Shown here one piece after another: positions 1-8,564 of a DNA stretch of 62,818 nucleotides; within the stretch, counting starts at the first letter, position 1; every line of letters begins with the position of its first letter. This DNA comes from a virus (taxonomy: Duplodnaviria; Caudoviricetes): IMG/VR virus record IMGVR_UViG_3300029319_007025, positions 1 through 62,818 of that record; one strand, given 5' to 3'. The position numbers and the translations under genes are program-made. A model generated the notes under the pieces. The model did no database searches. It saw only the letters and a list, made by a program, of their open reading frames with translations, and was not told the DNA's origin.

Positions 1-100
1 CAAGATCCTAACGCAGGCAACTATGGCAAAGCATCAATCGTGTACCTACCGATTGAACGCAGCTTGTTATTCCGTACGCAAACAAACAGGAACAACCCGG
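1..100. repeat. Terminal direct repeat, copy 1 (circular assembly overlap)
   Basis: 1-100 equals 62719-62818 except position 99 (G) vs 62817 (A). Confidence 0.97.
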
Positions 101-789
101 AGGGCAGGAGCATACTAAGGAACGCATATCGGTCATGGTATTTCATGAAGAAACTTCAAGAGATCGAAGCGATTGGCATTGAGCGTGATCTTAGCGGTTT
201 ACCTGTGTTGGAGGTGCCTCCTGAAATAATGTCTGCTGACGCGTCAGCATCAGACAAGACGTTGCGAACCGACCTTGAAAAGCTCGTCCAACAAATAAAG
301 CGCGACGAGCGAGAGGGTATGGTTATACCTTCTGAACTCGATACCGAGGGCAACCCAACGGGCTATCGGTTTAGGTTATTGAACTCTGGCGGACGACGTG
401 CGGTTGATGTTGATGCAGCAATCAAGCGATATGAGTCACGAATGGCTATGTCCATGATGGCAGAGTTTCTATTGCTTGGCATGGATAAGGTTGGTTCGTT
501 TGCTCTTGCGTCCACAAAGACACATTTATTTAGCGTCGCTTTAGGGACGGTCATTGATAGCGTTTGCCAAACGTTTAGCAGGTTTGCAATCGGGAAGCTC
601 ATGGAGCTGAATGGTGTAGCTCCTGACATATGGCCAACACTAGAGCATGGCGATATCGAAGCGCCTGAATTGAAAGAGATAGCAACGTATGTCACAAGCC
701 TTTCTGATGCCGGCATTCTTGTACCTGATGAGAAGTTAGAGTTGAGAATGCGTGAACTCGCCAACCTACCTGTACCTGAGGATGTCTAA
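1..789 (+). CDS. Portal protein, C-terminal part (DUF935/Mu gp29-like); gene starts at 62209 and wraps the origin, about 432 aa in total
   Basis: Frame is open from base 1 and continuous with 62209-62818; NPEGRSILRNAYRSWYF and GSFALA motifs; follows terL and MuF. Confidence 0.9.
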   Translation, partial: QDPNAGNYGKASIVYLPIERSLLFRTQTNRNNPEGRSILRNAYRSWYFMKKLQEIEAIGIERDLSGLPVLEVPPEIMSADASASDKTLRTDLEKLVQQIKRDEREGMVIPSELDTEGNPTGYRFRLLNSGGRRAVDVDAAIKRYESRMAMSMMAEFLLLGMDKVGSFALASTKTHLFSVALGTVIDSVCQTFSRFAIGKLMELNGVAPDIWPTLEHGDIEAPELKEIATYVTSLSDAGILVPDEKLELRMRELANLPVPEDV

Positions 790-1538
790 TGGCGTACATG
801 ATAAAAGAAATATTTCAAACGGTGCAAGGCGAAGGCAAGCGCACCGATGAAGAGTCAACGTTTGTTAGATTCACAGGATGCAACCTTTGGAGCGGTAAAA
901 CAGAAACAAGGTATAAAGGCAGAGGAGCGTGTGCTTTTTGGTGCGACACCGCTTTTGCTACGGGTGAGCGTTATAAAAATACCGACGAGGTTTTGCTTCA
1001 CATGGAACAAGCTAGGGCTGAGTGCGATATGTTCGCAAAAGACAAGTCACAGAAATGGTGTGTGTTAACAGGAGGAGAGCCTTTGCTACAAGTGGACATG
1101 GCACTTGTTGATTGCTTACACTCTGAGGGTTGGATGATTGCCGTTGAGACGAACGGCACGGTTGCTAACGAGGTTGCGGACGAGATTGATTGGATGTGCG
1201 TTAGCCCCAAATTAGATCACGAAGGACGCCTAGGAAATCTCAAGATCGTGAAGGGGCACGAAATGAAAGTTGTGGTTCCAGGTGCTGTCTCTGGGTTATT
1301 GGGCTGGACGACACAGCGGCTATTAGATTTGCAACGCGCCACCGACTTTGAGAATTATTATGTACAACCCCAGGATCCAATAGTGAAGACGAGCACAAAT
1401 AAATCATACCTTGTTGGAAGTTATGCTGAAGGCGAATATCCGTACAATGCGCGGCTAAGTTTTTGTAGGGAGTTTGTAGACAAGAATCCAGGTTGGCAGG
1501 TATCAATTCAAACACATAAAGAGCAGGGCATTCGATAG
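789..1538 (+). CDS. queE: 7-carboxy-7-deazaguanine synthase, radical SAM
   Basis: [39 protein letters not shown] motifs; Cx16Cx3C cluster motif. Confidence 0.95.
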   Translation: MAYMIKEIFQTVQGEGKRTDEESTFVRFTGCNLWSGKTETRYKGRGACAFWCDTAFATGERYKNTDEVLLHMEQARAECDMFAKDKSQKWCVLTGGEPLLQVDMALVDCLHSEGWMIAVETNGTVANEVADEIDWMCVSPKLDHEGRLGNLKIVKGHEMKVVVPGAVSGLLGWTTQRLLDLQRATDFENYYVQPQDPIVKTSTNKSYLVGSYAEGEYPYNARLSFCREFVDKNPGWQVSIQTHKEQGIR

Positions 1539-1549
1539 GAAGAAACATT

Positions 1550-2122
1550 ATGGAACACAAAACAGAACAAGAAGTACACGATGCAATCAGAACACTGCTA
1601 CGGTGGGCAGGCGACGATCCGAGTCGAGAGGGTTTGATTGATACACCCAAGCGCGTCGCTAAAGCGTATGGCGAATGGTTTAGCGGCTACGCACAGGATC
1701 CAAAGGATATTCTTCAAAGAACATTTGAAGAGAGCGGCGATTATGATGGCATAGTGTGTTTGAGGGACATTCCTTTCTCGTCACACTGTGAACATCACAT
1801 GGTGCCTATTATCGGCACAGCACATGTAGCGTACCTCCCCGAGGGCAAAGTTGTAGGCATTTCAAAACTCGCTAGGGTTGTCGAAGCATATGCAAAGAGG
1901 TTGCAGATCCAAGAGAAGATGACAAACCAAATAGCGACAGCGATTGATGATGTGCTAGCGCCTAAAGGCGTTGCCGTTCTTATCGAAGCGCAGCATCTTT
2001 GTATGACTACAAGGGGAGTGAATAAGCTCGGAGTCAGTATGGTCACGTCCTCACTCAAGGGTGTGTTCATGGAAAATCTTGATTCACGTACAGAAGTTTT
2101 AGCATTACTAAAAAGCAGATAA
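1550..2122 (+). CDS. folE: GTP cyclohydrolase I
   Basis: [39 protein letters not shown] motifs. Confidence 0.98.
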   Translation: MEHKTEQEVHDAIRTLLRWAGDDPSREGLIDTPKRVAKAYGEWFSGYAQDPKDILQRTFEESGDYDGIVCLRDIPFSSHCEHHMVPIIGTAHVAYLPEGKVVGISKLARVVEAYAKRLQIQEKMTNQIATAIDDVLAPKGVAVLIEAQHLCMTTRGVNKLGVSMVTSSLKGVFMENLDSRTEVLALLKSR

Positions 2123-2135
2123 CGTAGGAGGCAAC

Positions 2136-3788
2136 ATGCCGTTACCAATACCAAAAGCAGGTGAGACAAGAGAATCATTCATAACACGGTTCATGGATGA
2201 CAAGAAAACAATAGAAGAGTTCCCGAGAGCGTTGCAGCGTTACGCAATCGCTGTGGGTGCATGGGGCAGGTATAATAAAGTTCGTAAGAATAAAAAGTAC
2301 ACTGTCGCTGTTGTGACCACACGCGACGGAAATAGATATACCGTAAACGGTGCACAGCAAAGCACGTTAAAACTTGAGAGGGGTTTGGTTTATACGTTCG
2401 ACCAAACGTCCGGCACAAACACAATGCACCCGCTGCAAATATCGACCGTATCTGATGGCCCTCATGCTGGCGGGCCTCAATACAATAAAGGTTGGCGCGA
2501 CAATGGAGGCAGAGCGGGAGCAACATTGATATCAACATTCACTGTACCCGCTGATGCTCCTGCACGTCTGTACTACTATTGCAGTAATCACGCAGGTATG
2601 GGTGGAAAGATTGAGGTTAGAAACACAGCGACAAACAAGGCAGAGCCAGGTTCAGCACGTGACGATGCTGACCAAAGCCAACCGGCAGCACCTGACGAAA
2701 GGCGTAGAGGTTCAGGTAGGAACGCACCTGGTTCAGCGTCAACGGAAGGCGGCGCAATTCGTTTGTCTCCTGCAACGGATAGGACACTTCAATCAAAACT
2801 TGATGCACACCATGAGAAGGTCGGCAATGATAAGACGAAGCGCACAACACTAAGAGCGCTACAAGCCGTGTACCGACGCGGAGCGGGTGCGTTTAGCGTA
2901 TCGCATCGCCCAGGAATGGCTCGGGCACAATGGGCAATGGCAAGGGTGAATCATTTTCTACATTTACTTGAAACAGGAAAGCCGAAGGATCCAAAATACA
3001 TCACTGACAACGACCTTTTACCTGAAGGACATCCTGCTATTGTTGAGAAGCAAGACAGCTTCAAACCTCCTAAAGCTGTAAGGGATGTAGCAGCAAGAGG
3101 GCTTGAGCTACGTCGCGAATGGGGCAGAGGCGGTATGGACGTAAGAGAGGCAGCCCGCATTGGTGTAGGCAGTGGCGTACAGCGAGCGACAAATCTCAAG
3201 AACGGTGATAACGTTACGCTCGACACAATACGGCGAATGGTTCGTTTCTTCCAACGGCACTCAACCCACTTCAAACCTAACAAGCTCAAACCAGACGGCG
3301 GGCCAACAGCAGGCACGATTGCGTATTACCTATGGGGCGGCACACCAGGAAAGGAATGGGCAAATAGAATTTGGGATAAGCACGGTGAGTGGAAGAAGCA
3401 GGAAACACCTGCGCACTTTGGCGGAGGAAAGAACATAGAGATTTTCGGCTATGAGACGAAGCATTTCGACATTTGCAAAAGCGCTGTCTTGCTTTTTGAA
3501 AGGCTAATAAAGGATGCGGCATCAGAGAAAGACGCTGTTGAGAGCGCAGCAAAATACCTCGACGAGTTTTTTGGATTAGAGAAAAAGGTTGTTGGTGAAG
3601 GTGAGTCAACAACCGAAGACGCGTTGCAAGCTATGGATCTTGTCTCTTTGTTTACGTACGAGTTAGGCAAGGTTGCAAAAGGTGCTGACCTTGATCTCAC
3701 CCGCAGCTTCGCTTTTATCACGATGCATTTCTATGAGATAGGCAGGCGCATGGTTCCAGAGGAAAGCGAAGAAAAGCATACAAGCTAG
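2136..3788 (+). CDS. Modular head-associated protein (short N-terminal helical module, cupredoxin-like domain, DUF5824-like domain, two further helical modules)
   Basis: HPL...YYYCSNHAGMGG; YRRGAGAFSVSHRPG...QWAMARVN; GxxRA...TIRRM...LWGG modules recalled from phage head-region proteins; SD GGAGG; position in head operon. Confidence 0.6.
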   Translation: MPLPIPKAGETRESFITRFMDDKKTIEEFPRALQRYAIAVGAWGRYNKVRKNKKYTVAVVTTRDGNRYTVNGAQQSTLKLERGLVYTFDQTSGTNTMHPLQISTVSDGPHAGGPQYNKGWRDNGGRAGATLISTFTVPADAPARLYYYCSNHAGMGGKIEVRNTATNKAEPGSARDDADQSQPAAPDERRRGSGRNAPGSASTEGGAIRLSPATDRTLQSKLDAHHEKVGNDKTKRTTLRALQAVYRRGAGAFSVSHRPGMARAQWAMARVNHFLHLLETGKPKDPKYITDNDLLPEGHPAIVEKQDSFKPPKAVRDVAARGLELRREWGRGGMDVREAARIGVGSGVQRATNLKNGDNVTLDTIRRMVRFFQRHSTHFKPNKLKPDGGPTAGTIAYYLWGGTPGKEWANRIWDKHGEWKKQETPAHFGGGKNIEIFGYETKHFDICKSAVLLFERLIKDAASEKDAVESAAKYLDEFFGLEKKVVGEGESTTEDALQAMDLVSLFTYELGKVAKGADLDLTRSFAFITMHFYEIGRRMVPEESEEKHTS

Positions 3789-3795
3789 AACGCTC

Positions 3796-4656
3796 TCATT
3801 TCAAATCATTTACAAATTCTCTATATAACCTGCCATCATTACTATACGTAAATATTTGATAGTTCTTACTTTTGGTATGTACCCCGTATAGGCCCCACTT
3901 CTCTGCAATCACCATTGGTATATTTTCTTTTGGTATTGTTATTACAGGACAGGTGCTCAAACCTATTATGTTTTCTTCGCCCACGGCATCGGCAATAACT
4001 TTTGAATTTCTATCTATTCTATCGCGTAGCTCATGGATACTAAACCTTTTTAGTATTGTTAAAAAATGGTCATATATTTGGGTGGGTGTTGTCGTTGGTG
4101 TTTGGTTCAGTAATCCATATTCATAATATCTTCTGAGATTTAAGTAGCTGAACTCATTTGAATCTTTCAAGCGTGTCCAATAGTTTTTCTTCACACCAAT
4201 TATTGCGAGCCCTGGAAAGCTGCCTAATTGCTTATTAACACAAGTTATAAATATATTCGTGCTCTTTGGTATGTCGTAGTATGGAAAGGAACTGACCACA
4301 TCAACCACGCCCTCGTCTTCGTGATAAGAACTATTAGAAGTTTCCAACTGACAATACAATTTTTCTCGGCGGTATTTTGACGACCCTTCTTTACCATATG
4401 TTCTTACTAACCTTTCCCACCTGTTCCTAAAAACACCTTCATTACCGACAACTTCGATAGGATCAACCAATGACCATACAACCGATTCTATTGCGGTCGT
4501 TCCACTACCACCCATAAATATAATATCGTAATCCCCTAATCTAAATACCTCGGTGAATAAAGTTTTCAAGCGTCCATACGTATGCATAAACTCTTTGTCT
4601 CTATGTGAGTGTAGGACAACACTCTCTGTAGCAATTGATGTATTAGGGCCGAACAT
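3796..4656 (-). CDS. PLP-dependent class V aminotransferase-like protein (PhnW/SerC-like)
   Basis: FGP start, HRD, GSGTTAIES, ETS, DVVSS, NKQLGSFPGL (Schiff-base Lys), TPTT; visibly AT-rich and on the opposite strand. Confidence 0.8.
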   Translation of the reverse strand: MFGPNTSIATESVVLHSHRDKEFMHTYGRLKTLFTEVFRLGDYDIIFMGGSGTTAIESVVWSLVDPIEVVGNEGVFRNRWERLVRTYGKEGSSKYRREKLYCQLETSNSSYHEDEGVVDVVSSFPYYDIPKSTNIFITCVNKQLGSFPGLAIIGVKKNYWTRLKDSNEFSYLNLRRYYEYGLLNQTPTTTPTQIYDHFLTILKRFSIHELRDRIDRNSKVIADAVGEENIIGLSTCPVITIPKENIPMVIAEKWGLYGVHTKSKNYQIFTYSNDGRLYREFVNDLK

Positions 4657-4833
4657 GTTCTTTTAATTCCTTATACACCAACACATTGGCCATGACACTT
4701 GGTAACGGCGACGATGTTGGTTTATCTTACTACGGGACCTTATGATTATTTTGTAGGTATGAAAAAAAACAGCAAATATTTATCATACTTCAAACGTGCA
4801 GAGTGCGCGCTGTTAGGTGTATAAGTTATTCCA

Positions 4834-5445
4834 ATGAAGAAAAAAGCTTTATGTCATATCAGTGGCGGGCTTGATAGCGCAATGGTTGCTGTCAAGTGTT
4901 TAGAAAAATACAACCTTGAGGGGTTCTTTCTTGATTATGGGCAAAGGTATGCAGAGCAAGAGCAATGGGCGGCAAGTAACGTTGCAAGACGTCTTGGTAT
5001 AAAGTTACATTCGGCAAGGCTGACAGGCATCACCGTTGAGTCAGAGAACGAATGGTTCCCAGCGAGAAACCTATACATAGGCGCTCTGTCTTTTTCTATG
5101 GCGAGCCGCCTTGGTTGTTCAGCAATATTGGTTGGCAGTAAAACAAATGAATACCGCGAAGACGATGAGTATTGCTGGCACGACTGTACGAGAGTATTCC
5201 ATGAGAAATTACAAGAGCTTGGCAATCGTGCTCTTGACTTTCCATCTCAAGAGATTGAGGTTTTACAACCATTGCTTGGTTGGAGTAAGCAAGAGGTTGT
5301 TGACGGGCTAAAGGCAGCAAGGATTCCTTTACACGAACTTTGGAGCTGTTATCGTCCCGACAAAGATGGACGCTCATGTGGCGTGTGCTATCACTGTGTA
5401 GAGCTAAAGAAGCTAGGTGTTTGGGAATGCGTACACTCTGCGTAG
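4834..5445 (+). CDS. queC: 7-cyano-7-deazaguanine synthase
   Basis: SGGLDS PP-loop, DYGQR, PARN, WSCY...CGVCYHC zinc site; no glutamine amidotransferase domain. Confidence 0.92.
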   Translation: MKKKALCHISGGLDSAMVAVKCLEKYNLEGFFLDYGQRYAEQEQWAASNVARRLGIKLHSARLTGITVESENEWFPARNLYIGALSFSMASRLGCSAILVGSKTNEYREDDEYCWHDCTRVFHEKLQELGNRALDFPSQEIEVLQPLLGWSKQEVVDGLKAARIPLHELWSCYRPDKDGRSCGVCYHCVELKKLGVWECVHSA

Positions 5446-5750
5446 ATATCGACGGCGTTCTAACACGCGATTGGAAGTCAATGGATTTTGAGAACAGGCG
5501 TCCTCATAAGACAAACATAGCGCGGCTCGCTGATGTATATGCAACAGGCATGGTGCAAGTTGTGCTTTGGACTGCGCGACCTGGCTCAATAAGAAAACAA
5601 ACCGTGAAGTGGTTAGAGGATAATAACGTTTCATACCACGAACTATGGATGGACAAACCTAGCTTCGTTGCGATTGTCGATGACCGTTCAATGACAAGTG
5701 TACCGACAGCGAAACAACTCACAGAGCTACGTGGTTGGGATCTTGTATAA
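5427..5750 (+). CDS. Minimal capless HAD-superfamily phosphatase
   Basis: DIDGV (motif I), WTAR (II), KP (III), VDDR (IV); ATG at 5427 overlapping the end of queC. Confidence 0.85.
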   Translation: MRTLCVDIDGVLTRDWKSMDFENRRPHKTNIARLADVYATGMVQVVLWTARPGSIRKQTVKWLEDNNVSYHELWMDKPSFVAIVDDRSMTSVPTAKQLTELRGWDLV

Positions 5751-5761
5751 AGGAGAGATCA

Positions 5762-7093
5762 ATGAGTGACATAAAAAAGGATTATCAAATACGCCCCTAC
5801 TTTGCTGTAACAGGGACACAGCAAATAGCATTGCTAAAAGAGCAAGGCATAAAAGACATACTGATTTCATATGCACATATCCAAAAAAAAGGTGTACCTG
5901 ATATTCTCAAGAATTGTCATGTTATGCTTGACTCAGGTGCCTACTCGAACATCAAAAACCCTGGGTCGGTTAAGCTCGAAGCCTACATGGAGTTCTTGAA
6001 ATCAGAACGCAAAAAAGTCGCTGAGTACGTTGCGCTCGATGTTGTCCACAATCAGAAACAGACATCAAAGAACTATGAGAAGATGTTGAGGGAAGGGTTT
6101 AACCCGATATTCGTTGACCAGCTTTGCAGCCCCGGCGGGCTCGACGGCACAACCAAGTGGGCGTACAAGTCAGGCAAGAAGATTTGTTGGGCAGGTTTTG
6201 TTATGCCATACAACCACAGAATCAACGCGAAGAAGCGACTTACCCCAGGCGTCAATGATGGTGTGCTAAGTGTATGCGCTGAACGTTTCAACCTTGTAGA
6301 CGCATTTCCAAAAACGAAGCTACATCTTCTTGGTATAGGTTCACGAGGGAGAAGGTTCGTTCCTTTCTGGCGTCAGGTTGAATCAATTGATGCCGCGTCA
6401 TGGATTATTAGGCCACAAGCATTTGGTCAGGTGTTGCACCTTAATAGAAGTAAGGAAGGTTGGCCCTCGTTGAGCACGTCAACCTATGACGCACCAAGTC
6501 AAGAAGCGCGTCAAATAGCGAGCAGGTATGGTTGGAATTTACGTGAGGTTCCCGGCAGGGTGCGTCTCTCGATTCACGAGTATAAACGATACTTTAGAGC
6601 ATTAGAGAGTCGCATGAAACAAGCGATAGAAGAACACAATGCTGAATCGGACGTTGATAAATCCGTGAGTGTTAGTGTTCCTGATACACTAACAGACGAC
6701 AGCAAAAGTGTACATGATATCGCTATCACCTTGCCTATACACAAAGTGGACGATGACCAAAGATTGATAACAGGCATTGTGCTTGAACCTGAAGAGGTTG
6801 ACGCACAGAACGACATCATAAGCGTTGATGAGATTCAGGACGCAGCATTCAGGTTTTTGTCAAAATACAATAAAGATACCAAGCTAGGATTGATGCATAA
6901 AATATTTGAGAACATAGGCGTTGTCCTTGTCGAAAGTTGGATTGCAAAAGAGGACGACACCGTGAATAAAAAGCCAGTCAAAAAAGGCAGTTGGTTGATG
7001 ACTGTCAAAGTATTAGAGGATGGGCTTTGGAAAAAAGTGAAGGATGGTAGTATAACAGGATTCTCTATTGGGGGAGTCGCAAGGGTTTCATAG
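5762..7093 (+). CDS. Fusion of TGT/DpdA-like base-exchange transglycosylase (N-terminal) and XkdF-type prohead serine protease (C-terminal)
   Basis: N-term LDSGAYS, ALDVV, LHLLG, SIDAASW; C-term GIVLEPEEVDAQND, LMH, VESWI, KKGSWLM, GFSIGG; SD AAGGAG before ATG 5762; single uninterrupted frame. Confidence 0.85.
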   Translation: MSDIKKDYQIRPYFAVTGTQQIALLKEQGIKDILISYAHIQKKGVPDILKNCHVMLDSGAYSNIKNPGSVKLEAYMEFLKSERKKVAEYVALDVVHNQKQTSKNYEKMLREGFNPIFVDQLCSPGGLDGTTKWAYKSGKKICWAGFVMPYNHRINAKKRLTPGVNDGVLSVCAERFNLVDAFPKTKLHLLGIGSRGRRFVPFWRQVESIDAASWIIRPQAFGQVLHLNRSKEGWPSLSTSTYDAPSQEARQIASRYGWNLREVPGRVRLSIHEYKRYFRALESRMKQAIEEHNAESDVDKSVSVSVPDTLTDDSKSVHDIAITLPIHKVDDDQRLITGIVLEPEEVDAQNDIISVDEIQDAAFRFLSKYNKDTKLGLMHKIFENIGVVLVESWIAKEDDTVNKKPVKKGSWLMTVKVLEDGLWKKVKDGSITGFSIGGVARVS

Positions 7094-7163
7094 CAAGCAC
7101 TTGCTCTTAGTTTATATTTTTGCTACGCCTACACTAACACTGGCAGTAAGACAGGACACGGAA

Positions 7164-8174
7164 ATGGAATTAGATAAAAAGACCAAACAGCCGCGGCGTC
7201 TAACTAACCTAGATATTCGTGAGGTATCGTTAGTGGACCGTCCTGCAATCAGACGAGAATTTTTGGTTATCAAACGTGACCAAGACAATAACAACAATGA
7301 GGAACCAGACATGGCAGCAGATGACATGCAACAGGAACTCTTCTTCGCCGACAGCGACATGGAGAGTGATATTTCTAATATGGTAGATGCCGAAGTTGAA
7401 AAAGCGATGGAGCTAAAACCTGCAACGCTAAAAGCAATCAAGGATATGTACCAACGTATAGATCAGGACATGCACGAGAATGACGGCAGTGATAAGAAAA
7501 TGCTCGAACGTCTTGCTGCTATGATAGCTCAAGTCCTTCATAAGATGGGGCATGGCGATAAAGAAAAAGGCGGACACTACGGCGAAGAAGACGAGAAAGA
7601 TAAGAACGTCGAAGCCAAAAAATCCGCAACTAAGGAAGAGGTTATGACTGAAAGTGACAATCAAGAAAGCATAGCTTTGGCGAAGAACGAGGACGGATCG
7701 TATGACCTTTCTTCTCTTCCCGAGGCGATCCGTGAACCATTTGCTACATTGTGTAAGCAGAATCAAGAGGCAGTTGAAAAAGCAGCAAAACTTGAGGAGC
7801 TTCTCAAGGCAGAGCAAGACGAACGTCTTCGCCGTGACTTTGTTCAGAAGGCAGAGAATGAGTACACCAACATCCCAGGAACATCCGTCGAAGTTGGTCT
7901 GCTACTAAAATCTCTACACGCGGCAGACGCTGAACTCGCAGCAAAGGTTGAAGAAATTTTCAAAGCAGTAAATAGCCAACTGGCTAACTCAGAGCTTCTT
8001 CGTGAAGCAGGTTCAAGTGAAGAGCCAGAGTCAACTTCTGCTTGGGGACAAATTGAGAAACAAGCAGCAGGCTTAGTTGCCGAGGGCTTGTTCAATAGCA
8101 AAGCGGAGGCTGTTTCTAAAGTTCTAGAAACCAACCCTCGTCTTTATCAGGAATACCTGAAGGAAGGTAACTAG
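7164..8174 (+). CDS. Scaffolding protein with N-terminal protease-associated segment
   Basis: LTNLDIREVSLVDRPA N-terminus, acidic coiled-coil body, NPRLYQEY C-terminus; lies between protease and capsid genes. Confidence 0.75.
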   Translation: MELDKKTKQPRRLTNLDIREVSLVDRPAIRREFLVIKRDQDNNNNEEPDMAADDMQQELFFADSDMESDISNMVDAEVEKAMELKPATLKAIKDMYQRIDQDMHENDGSDKKMLERLAAMIAQVLHKMGHGDKEKGGHYGEEDEKDKNVEAKKSATKEEVMTESDNQESIALAKNEDGSYDLSSLPEAIREPFATLCKQNQEAVEKAAKLEELLKAEQDERLRRDFVQKAENEYTNIPGTSVEVGLLLKSLHAADAELAAKVEEIFKAVNSQLANSELLREAGSSEEPESTSAWGQIEKQAAGLVAEGLFNSKAEAVSKVLETNPRLYQEYLKEGN

Positions 8175-8178
8175 AGAA

Positions 8179-8547
8179 ATGGCATACTCAGATAAAAGTA
8201 TTAAGATCACCCTGCCAGCAGCGTCCGATTTATCGGCAAGTCAATACTGCATGGTGGTTATCAACACAAGCGGTCAGGTTGAATTGTCAGGCGACGACGG
8301 CAATTCTGTAGGCATCTTACAAAACAAACCATCAGCAGCAGGACGTGCGGCTGAGGTTCTTGTTTATGGTGTTAGCAAATTGAAAGCAGGTGCAACCGTT
8401 CGTGCGGGCTACAATGTAGGCTCTGGTGCTAGTGGTCAGGCAAAAGAAACTGACTCTAGCTCTTTCAGAAATGGTGTCTTTATCTCAGGCGGCGCGTCTG
8501 GCGAATTTGTTACTGTTCTTTTCCAGAAGAACGGTCAGCAGTCTTAA
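8179..8547 (+). CDS. Capsid cement/decoration protein (DUF2190-like)
   Basis: Small Gly/Ala-rich beta protein, GILQNKP...GRAAEV; directly upstream of the major capsid gene. Confidence 0.75.
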   Translation: MAYSDKSIKITLPAASDLSASQYCMVVINTSGQVELSGDDGNSVGILQNKPSAAGRAAEVLVYGVSKLKAGATVRAGYNVGSGASGQAKETDSSSFRNGVFISGGASGEFVTVLFQKNGQQS

Positions 8548-8564
8548 AGGAATAAGGTGATATA

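Noticed and set aside
1-100. Physical direct terminal repeat of the virion DNA
   Set aside because: It falls mid-gene, has assembler-overlap length and carries a SNP; better explained as circular assembly overlap.
4657-4833. Riboswitch in the aminotransferase/queC divergent gap
   Set aside because: Only a 7-bp ACCAACA/TGTTGGT stem and no recognisable aptamer consensus; more likely divergent promoters.
7068-7163. Possible frameshift joining protease and scaffold via the TTG-started extension
   Set aside because: GGGTTTC is not in the reading phase for -1 slippage, the join would need +1, and the intervening translation looks non-coding. ATG 7164 is preferred.
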